From: Hormiphora californensis
Taxonomy: Eukaryota > Animalia > Ctenophora
DNA length: 64,000 nucleotides
Direction: 5' to 3'
NCBI GenBank assembly: GCA_020137815.1
Contig: CM035350.1
Coordinates: 6,448,001 to 6,512,000 of the forward strand
Part shown: positions 55,666 to 64,000 of the stretch, in pieces
Numbering within the stretch: position 1 is the stretch's first letter
How the letters are laid out: each line of letters starts with the position of its first letter
Notes under the pieces: model-generated
Database searches by the model: none
Seen by the model: only the letters and a program-made list of their open reading frames with translations
What the model was told of the DNA's origin: nothing
Translations under genes and position numbers: made by a program

Positions 55666-56637
55666 CGGATCTGTAATAAAATGGACGATCAAGACACTGC
55701 AAAGACTCTGATTTTTGGAACCAGGTGTATGTGACGAAAGCTTACTTGGAGGTGGCAGAATTCTCGTGTGCCCATCATTTTGGTGGTCTTGAGCATCTGG
55801 CATGGCCTGCTAAAAAGAAGATTAAGTAAAACTTAATTTAAACAATAAAAATAAATCAGACAAACAAGCTGTACCTGAACAAAAGAAAGACAAACAAGCT
55901 GTACCTGAACTGTAACGTAATTTGTAATTAAAGGCATCATAAAGTGAAAACCAGGCGCCGAGGTTGACTGCAGTAGAGCACCGCCCTGTAACAATGATTT
56001 TTAGCAGTTTAGTAACTAACAGTTCAGTATAAATAGTATGTATCAAATTGAAGAACTGCTTTTAATACCCACCCTATAATAAACTGCTATGTGCCCTTCA
56101 TCAACTCTGTGCATGGAAAACTGGAAAATAACACCGATCAAGACAATGATGATTATCAAGATTGTCCCCGTTGAGTTGTTCATCGGATCTGTAATAAAAT
56201 GGACTATCAATACACTGCAAAGACTCTGATTTTTGGAACCAGGTGTATGTGACGAAAGCTTACTTGGAGGTGGCAGAATTCTCGTGTGCCCATCATTTTG
56301 GTGGTCTTGAGCATCTGGCATGGCCTGCTAAAGAGAAGATTAAGTAAAACTTAATTTAAACAATAAAAAAATTCAATCATTCCAGCAACATGGTGATTGG
56401 TTATCTTCTGAATACACAAAACAACAATTCAATCTTGGACTGGATACAGATAATTTCCAGGGAGGGGGAGGCTCTGTTAGGAACTGACACCTGTGTAACT
56501 TGTACACGAAGACGATAACAAGATAACAAGATATTCACAGCACTTGACTTTACATATCACTGATCGTCACTCGTGATATTGGTGACTGGTGAGCCGTGAG
56601 TGTCCTGCAGTGCTTTGCTGTCTTCTAGTGCCTCTCC

Positions 56638-56779
56638 GGCAGGTCGGTAGAACTTCGACAGAATTTAGGGCAGGTCTGAATTTAGGGCAGGTCTGAATTT
56701 AGGGCAGGTCTGAATTTAGGGCGGGTCTGAATTTAGGGCAGGTCGGAATTTAGGGCAGGTCGGAATTTAGGGCAGGTCA
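56638..56779 (+). mobile_element. Extra copy of a transposon left terminus with AATTTAGGGCAGGTC(TG) repeats
   Basis: GGCAGGTCGGTAGAACTTCGACAG identical to 58123 and inverse to 61691. Confidence 0.8.
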
Positions 56780-57068
56780 ATTTAATATTATTTACTTGTT
56801 ACAATAGTTATGGAGAGATATTAGAAGATGAGAATTTGGGTCAATGTTTTAGATGAGTAGGAATAGCGAGAAGCCACGTACAGGGGATTGTGCGACGTGC
56901 CGAGAGGAGAAGCTGCCACGTCAGCCTAGGCTGGCGTGGACCGCGTGATCTGAGAAAGAGGTGACCAGGGAGAGAAAAAGGGCCAACTCAGGCTGAAGAA
57001 CTAACTCAGTTCAGTTAGATAAAAACATATTCTCCTGATATTCTACTTGTTACGAAGTGTAAAAAACA

Positions 57069-57801
57069 ATGTTGGCTGTGTTAATGGTTATCCTCTTGGC
57101 GACTAGCGGAGTTCTCTCAGGTTTGTCTTGCCTTGTTCGACCCTGTCTCACCATGCCACGCAAATGTAAAAGAGGGTTAAAGTCGGATTTTTGGCAGTTG
57201 TCACCCTCCATCATGCATTTCGTTTAATCGTTTTTTGCACGCCTATCACATGTTAACGTTTGGTGTACGCGTCAAAAAGTAATAAACATCACAAAATTCG
57301 ACGTTTGGGGCGACAACTTCAAAAATCCAACTTTATTAACTACATCATCATTTAGTAATTGTGATATATCTCCCAGATTGGACACCAGTAGAGCACGACA
57401 AAGCAATTCCCCTGGATCTAAACGTGAAGTCTCTGAAAGTAATGACGAACTCGTACGGTCGGATCAGATGGATGACAGGCCCGGAAAATTCCGTCAACGT
57501 TGCAAAGATGATGATATCTTTGAGGCCTCGAAGCATTACATATATGATCGAGGGATGCACATGCCCCCACCAGAGGTTCACTGTAGCGCCCGTCATCCCA
57601 GCCAATAATGTTCTCATCTGGGAGTTCGAAAAGACGGACACCTCCCTGAAAGTCTATTGTAATGATGTGTGGCTGCTCACTTATGAGTTTGCTGTAAACT
57701 CAAGGCGATTCTGTGAACATCTTTGGGCAGGGAGTCACAACTCGGGTCAGATTTTCTTTTCCAGCAAGGATTCAGCATCCAAATACTATGATGAAATTTA
57801 A
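57069..57801 (+). CDS. Small secreted protein with a lineage-expanded (ctenophore-type) domain; exons 57069-57120 and 57377-57801
   Basis: Signal peptide MLAVLMVILLATSGVLS; phase-1 GT-AG intron; domain pattern WTPV...IPLDL...IW...T...L...CN...Y.F...C...W...I.F...D.AS.YY, family recognised from memory. Confidence 0.75.
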
Positions 57802-58366
57802 TGGATTTATGTGGAATAACTTGGAAAGTAAGTAACCTAGTATTAAATTGACATAAAATAGGCCAGATTAAGTAATATCGAAATTAAATTGTTATTATCT
57901 TCTCAATTAACTCTCAATTAACTCTCAATTAACTCTCTTGTAGATCTGCTAAAACAGGAACATAACAGGGAACATTGCAGGGAACTGAAACGCTGAAACA
58001 CAATATGCAAATTCTTCTTCTTCTTCTTCTGTAAATTCTTCGGAACTTTTTGGACAGCAAACATGTATGAAGTGGACACTGGACAGTTGAAATATTAATT
58101 TGTTGAAGTTGGAAACTGTATCGGCAGGTCGGTAGAACTTCGACAGAATTTAGGGCAGGTCAATTTAGGGCAGGTCAATTTAGGGCAGGTCTGAATTTAG
58201 GGTAGGTCTGAATTTAGGGCAGGTCTGAATTTAGGGCAGGTCAATTTAGGGCAGGTCTGAATTTAGGGCAGGTCTGAGTACTAAGCATGTGAATGCGATT
58301 CGGGGAAGCTTATTAGCGGTGTGAGACGATACGAGATATGGAACATGATTCGGGGAAGCCAATCAG

Positions 58367-59191
58367 TTGGTGACATTGACACCTAGTGCGTGCGAGATCG
58401 AGCTCGCACATAGGTGTCTGCTCCGCCCCCTAAAAAAGGGTCGTGTCTTTCAAGCCAAATTGCACGTGATCCACTGGACCGATTTACATCCCACTTGTCG
58501 CAAAAGACTGCAAATTGGTCCTAGTTTACTGGAAAATACCCGAGAAGTTTGTCTGTCAACAGGTGGGTCAAAATTGACACTAAAGTCAAATCTATAATCT
58601 GGCTTCCGAGCCTTTTTGCAACACTCTCAGACGGTTTAGAATGAATCTGAGGGTATCAGAAGATAGGTTGAGGCCTTGTAAGTACAGTCGGACCCCGATT
58701 TAGGGCCCCCGATTTAGTGGCACCCCGATTTAGGGACAGGTTTTTTTCCCCCCGATATAGGAAATTAACCTTATTTGACCCCGATTTAGTGGACACCCCG
58801 ATTTAGTGGACAAGAGCCTTTCCCCCGAGGGTGTCCCTAAATCGGGGTCCGACTGTACTGGAAAATACCCGGCATCAAATTCTGATGCTAATTGCATCAA
58901 CATATCTCCCAATATCTTCTAAACCGCATGGGCGAAGTGCAGAAACTCTCGGAAGCCAGATTATAGGTTTGACTTCAGTGTCAATTTTGACCCAATTCCT
59001 GTTGACAGACAAACTTCTCGGGTATTTTCCAGTATATTATGATCAATTTGTAGTCTTTTGCGACAAACCGGATGCAAATCGGTCCAGTGGATCGCGTGCA
59101 ACATCCCTTGAATGAAACGACCCTTTTTGGGGCGGAGCAGACACCTGTGTGTGAGCTCAATCTTGGTCGCGCACGGTTTCTATGTCACCAA
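58367..59191. mobile_element. Mutator-like (MULE) non-autonomous element
   Basis: 9-bp TSD GCCAATCAG; ~200-bp imperfect TIRs starting TTGGTGACAT. Confidence 0.85.
58685..58855. mobile_element. pogo/Tc1-like MITE nested in the MULE
   Basis: TA TSD; TIR CAGTCGGACCCCGATTTAGGG. Confidence 0.9.
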
Positions 59192-59682
59192 GCCAATCAG
59201 GAGTGTTCGACGATGGATATGAGACACGATTCGGGGAAGGGTTCTATCGCTTTCCATCCCTAGACCCTATACCCCTCTCTGGAACATGATTCGGGGAAGC
59301 CAATCAGGAGTGTTTGACGATGGATATGAGACACGATTCGGGGAAGGGTTCTATCGCTTTCCATCCCTATACCCTATACCCCTCTCTGGAACATGATTCG
59401 GGGAAGCCAATCAGGAGTGTTCGACGATGGATATGAGATACGATTCGGTGAAGGGTTCTATCGCTTTCCATCCCTAGACCCTATACCCCTCTCTGGAACA
59501 TGATTCGGGGAAGCCAATCAGGAGTGTTAGACGATGGATATGAGATACGATTCGGGGAAGGGTTCTATCGCTTTCCATCCCTATATATAAGCCATTGGTT
59601 AGATAGCAACATGGGACAGCCCTACCTTTGTAGACTGTACCCATGGTGTACATGCGGTATACAAGCGTTAATATTATTATTA

Positions 59683-60368
59683 CTAGCGCACCCATTGGGT
59701 GCGCCTCAAATAAGGGGTGTTCACAAACCACCCGGCTTCGCCGGGTGGCCCTCTTTTTTCCCACATTTGATGGTTGCCATGGCAACTAAATCGGTAACTA
59801 TGGAGACTGAATTGCTAAATTATGTTCCGAAATAATCACTAACTGCCAGCAGAGTTTAAACATCTGCTCCCAAGAAGAAAGCCGGCTGTTTAGCGTACTT
59901 CGTTGCCCGGCTTTGAGTTTTCCATCAAAGTTCCATTCGCACTCCCATAATTTAATGGGTGTAGAATACATGTCACAAAGACATGTGAGCACTGAGCTGA
60001 TGAGAAATGTGACACTGACAGGGGTACTAATGAGGTTAACTAATAGGGTTGATGTGATCTGATAGCAGGGGATCTGAGAGAACTGTAGAAATAGAAGGTG
60101 TCCCTATAGCAACATGAATGATTATGACGACACCTCGACCAAAATGACGTGTCTGGAACGCGCGGGTAGGAAGTTGAATTGAAAGTTTCTAATGTCTTCT
60201 GTGTGTGCTGTGCGCGCCGCGCGATTTCCTTCTTGGCTGCCGTAGTTACGTCAGTTAACCAATATTTCGTCACAACACGCCACTGAAATTCTTAATGAAG
60301 GAGCAGTCTGTCGCTTAGATACCGCCTAACGAACGACCACGACGTTCATCTCCAAATTATAATAGAGA
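59683..60368 (-). mobile_element. Non-autonomous Helitron
   Basis: Minus strand A|TCTCTATT ... GCGCACCCAATGGGTGCGCTAG|T; both ends shared with 31540-31792. Confidence 0.72.
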
Positions 60369-61274
60369 TTATTATCCCCCTCTCTGTTCGCTATGTCTCT
60401 CTTTCTTTCTCGTTCTTTCTCTTTCCTTTTCTATGACGGGAGAAAGAGAGACATGGAGAAAGAGAGATACCCTTAACTTTTTACCGAGAGTCGAGATAGA
60501 AAGACTGTTGAGCTCCTCCGTGGAAATTGGTTTCGCCGCTTTCCCATCAGGTATATGTAGGCAGCTCTCGGTCGGTGGCTAAACATTGTCTTTTCTCTCT
60601 CGGTAAAAAGAGCCGCCTACATCTACAATTCCTACGTGCTTTCCTAGCAGTCAAAAAGTTAAGGGTATCTCTCTTTCTCCCTCTGAGAAAGTAAGAGAAA
60701 TTGAAAGAGAGCAGAGCGAACAGAGAGGGGGATAGGGTCTAGGGATGGAAAGTGATAGAAACCTTCACCGAATCGTGTCTCATATCGTCGAACACTCCTG
60801 ATTGGCTTCCCCGAATCATGTTCCATATCTCGTATCGTCTCACACCGCTTATAAGCTTCCCTGAATTACATTCACATGCTTAGTACTCAGACCTGCCCTA
60901 AATTCAGACCTGCCCTAAATTGACCTGCCCTAAATTCAGACCTGCCCTAAATTGACCTGCCCTACAAGATTACAAGATTACAAGATTAAAATTATATTTA
61001 TAATGTCAATAAATTAAATAAATGTAATTATTGACACCCCGCTAATACACTAAACATATTGGTTCACAAGTATTAAAAAATAGATATGTCCAACATGCGG
61101 ACGTTTCCGCCCGTAGCTACCTCTAGCTGGGTTATCTCGTCTAATTCAAACACTCTTCAATATCACATTGTATGTACAAAAAACAGAATCAATAAACTGT
61201 CGTGATAACAAGTGATGAGTAGCGTGTAGAAGGGATGTTGTAGATAGTTTGTAGAATGAGGAATGAGGATGTGC

Positions 61275-61622
61275 TCGATATGGAGCAGCGTAAGGAAAAG
61301 GACCCAGGGATCGATGAGGAGGAGGTAGGAGTAAAGGACTCAGGGATCGATGTGAAGGAGGTTGGGAAAGGACCCAGGGATCGATGTGGAGCAGGTAGGA
61401 GTAAAGGATCCAGGGATCGATGTGGAGCAGGTAGGAGTAGAGGACCCAGGGATCGATGTGGAGCAAGGTAGGGAAAGGACCCAGGAATCGATGTGGATGA
61501 GGTAGGAGTAAAGGACCCAGGGATCGATGTGAAGGAGGTTGGGAAAAGACCCAGGGATCGATGTGGAGCAAGGTAGGAGTAAAGGACCCAGGGATCGATG
61601 TGGAGGAGGTAGGAGTAAAGGA
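61275..61622 (+). repeat. ~35-38-bp purine-rich minisatellite
   Basis: Unit GGACCCAGGGATCGATGTGGAGCAGGTAGGAGTAAA, ~9 copies. Confidence 0.9.
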
Positions 61623-62136
61623 CCTGCCCTAAATTCAGACCTGCCCTAAATTGACCTGCCCTAAATTCTGTCGAAGTTCTACCGACCTGCCCCGTAGATG
61701 TACAAAAATTGGCAAACGCCGCTGGCTCCCGCAGCGCGGGATAAGGCAGCGGTTTTCAAGTACAAAAGGTGAAATTTTTGGGGAAAAGTAAAAACGGCCA
61801 TCTTGAAAAAAGTTTTGAAACCAAATAAAATGTATATTCGCGCGGCTGTTTGACATGCGCTGCAGACTTCGCGCGCACCCCATACCAGAGCTCAAGCCTT
61901 TTTGTCATTTTAAATTTTTTTTTCTTTTTTCTCCAAAAATTATCGATTTTGGACTTTTGTTTTGCTTTGTCTCTCTGGCCATCGATAGGCCAGAGAGGGT
62001 TCCAGTCGTTAAGATCAACACGATCTATTATTTATATTTATTACTAGTTGAGTGTACTCAACAAACCGTTAAAGTTCATTGATAGGACTTACATATCTAA
62101 TCATCCAACTAGTTGAGAATTCTCAACCCAAATCGC

Positions 62137-64000
62137 ATGTTCACGCGTTCCAAAGCCAAGGCACTCTCACCAGTAGCACTTCGCACCTCACCGGCACTTC
62201 ACCGCCCATTCCACCCTGATTCACATCTGCGATCATTCTTCGTGTCACCAACATCATCTGACACGTCTTTCTCTTCCAATAGCTCAGGGTCGGTATCAGA
62301 ACATGAATTTGTTACTCCCAAAACCACCCGTACTCAATCAGATCTGCCTGACTACTATGAACCAGAGATCTCTTTCTCTGTGTCAACGCCTGTAAGCAGA
62401 CTAGTCTCAGATGCAAGATGGTCAACATTGGAGGAATGCAGTCAGTGTTATGAGATTTTGCCATCTTATGAGACTATCAAGTGTCATGGATGCCACGAGG
62501 GCTTTCATCAATCATGCATGACTGTGGTGAAGCGATCGGAGCTTATGGATCATGTACCCACACAATGGTTTTGCACACCTTGTTTCAATCTAAATGAAAC
62601 CAAGTGGGTGTCATCGAAGCCAGCATTAGCAAATTGTTGGGGTCCTTTGAATGGAATTGAACTAGAGGAAGCATTTGAGAACATTTCCAAAATCAGCCAG
62701 GGATGGTCACCAAATCTGTTTAAGGTTCCTTTCGGACACGTTGGTCGATCATTCATTGACGAGCTCACTAGATTGGCCAACATGTTCAGTGATAGAGAGG
62801 ACTCTCGTGGCTGGGCCCTATCTGCTATGATATTGGCACCTCTTTTGCTCCTGCAAAAACCCTCCCGCAAATCGAAAAACAAGGAACACACTGCACTCCT
62901 TAGAAAACGATTAGAGTTGTGGAAAAAGGGAGACTTTGAGGCACTCATTCGTGAGGCGAAGGCTCTACAGAAACCTCTCAAGCACCAAGAGCCATCCGAG
63001 GAACAAAGCAACAAGAAGTTTGTGGACCTGATGCGAGAGGGTAGGATAACTGAGGCTACGGCCTGGTTGAACCCCGAACGTCACACAACAGGCGTAAAGA
63101 AATGTGATGATGAAGTGCTGGAGGATCTAATGAAAAAGCACCCTCAGTCTCGACCAGCGAATAGTAAATTTGCAAAACAGGGCCCAACAGAACCGGTTCT
63201 CGAAGTCAAATTCAGTGGTCTATCGGGAGACACGATCTTTCAGTGTGCAAAGACTCTGAAGGGTAAAGGAGGACCCAGTGGAGTAGAAGCTGGCGGGATT
63301 CACAGAATCTTGTGTTCCAGGAAATACAGAAATTCCTCTCCGGCTCTCTGTGATGCTCTCGCTAAAGTTGCACGCACCTTGGCTACCAACCAAATCGACT
63401 TAAAATCACTCGACATATTCTGCACCAGCAGACTGATCCCTTTGACAAAATCTGGAGGCGGAACGCGGCCGATAGGCATTGGGGAGTGTTTTAGACGAGT
63501 TATCACCAAATCAGTTGTGCGTACGATCAAACGAGTGATTAAGGATGCGGCGGGTAAAGTGCAACTTGCAGCAGGCCAGATTGGTGGTGTAGAAGCCGCT
63601 GTGCACGCATTGAGCGAGAAGTTTGGAAGTGAAGAATGTGAGGGTGTTTTGCTTCTTGATGCAGAAAATGCGTTCAACAACCTAAACAGGAAGATGGCAC
63701 TGAACAGTACGACTTTTTACTGCCCTGATTTGAGCATCTTTCTCACCAACATCTATGGCAAATCCCGGAAGTTGTTTGCCGGTGAGCATACCCTTCTCAG
63801 TGCAGAAGGAACCACCCAGGGTGACCCCTCGGCTATGGATTTTTATTCTATTGGAATCCTGAGATTGATCGAAATGGTTGAGAGCTCTGACATCACCCAA
63901 ATCTGGTATGCAGATGATGGAAATGCGGCTGGAACATTGGGTGGACTGCTATCGTGGTACGACAAAGTGACGTCATTTGGTCCACATTTTGGATACTTTG
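62137..64000 (+). mobile_element. CRE-clade non-LTR retrotransposon ORF (PHD finger + reverse transcriptase), open to window end
   Basis: In-frame from ATG 62137: C4HC3 PHD; NLFKVPFG, LLLQKP, RLIPLTK...RPIGIGE..RR, LDAENAFN, GTTQGDP, WYADD. Confidence 0.9.

Larger units (their letters stand above)
58123..61691. mobile_element. Long-TIR non-autonomous transposon carrying nested insertions
   Basis: Termini GGCAGGTCGGTAGAACTTCGACAG / inverse at 61668-61691; 58278-58366 inverse to ~60799-60888; ~107-bp tandem repeats 59192-59585; no TSD found. Confidence 0.8.

Noticed and set aside
62550-63900. Minus-strand ORFs
   Set aside because: Antisense to the retrotransposon RT ORF

Overview
This is eukaryotic, intron-containing animal DNA rich in (AG)n microsatellites. 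It is most likely ctenophore; this is an inference from the compact gene structure and a secreted-domain family I recognise from ctenophore proteomes. The first 5.25 kb is a near-identical 322-bp tandem array. Each unit carries a Pol III tRNA-like gene, and the array flips orientation at ~2687 to form a giant palindrome. Genes: a calmodulin-like gene with two apparently alternative EF-hand-1 first exons, PLPP4/5, UBTD, NDUFAF5 (5' end replaced in frame by a truncated MNAT1), SNAPC1, an MPP7-like MAGUK, LIN54, ERLIN and a small secreted protein. The last ERLIN intron hosts an entire antisense gene with an unusual DED + ARM-repeat architecture. The secreted-protein gene lies between two directly repeated transposon left ends. 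Many non-autonomous DNA transposons are present (pogo/Tc1-like, Kolobok-like, Merlin-like, MULE-like, Helitron), often nested or foldback. A CRE-clade non-LTR retrotransposon runs off the right edge. Assembly quality is imperfect (garbled 29.0-30.35 kb, some frameshifts), which limits several claims.
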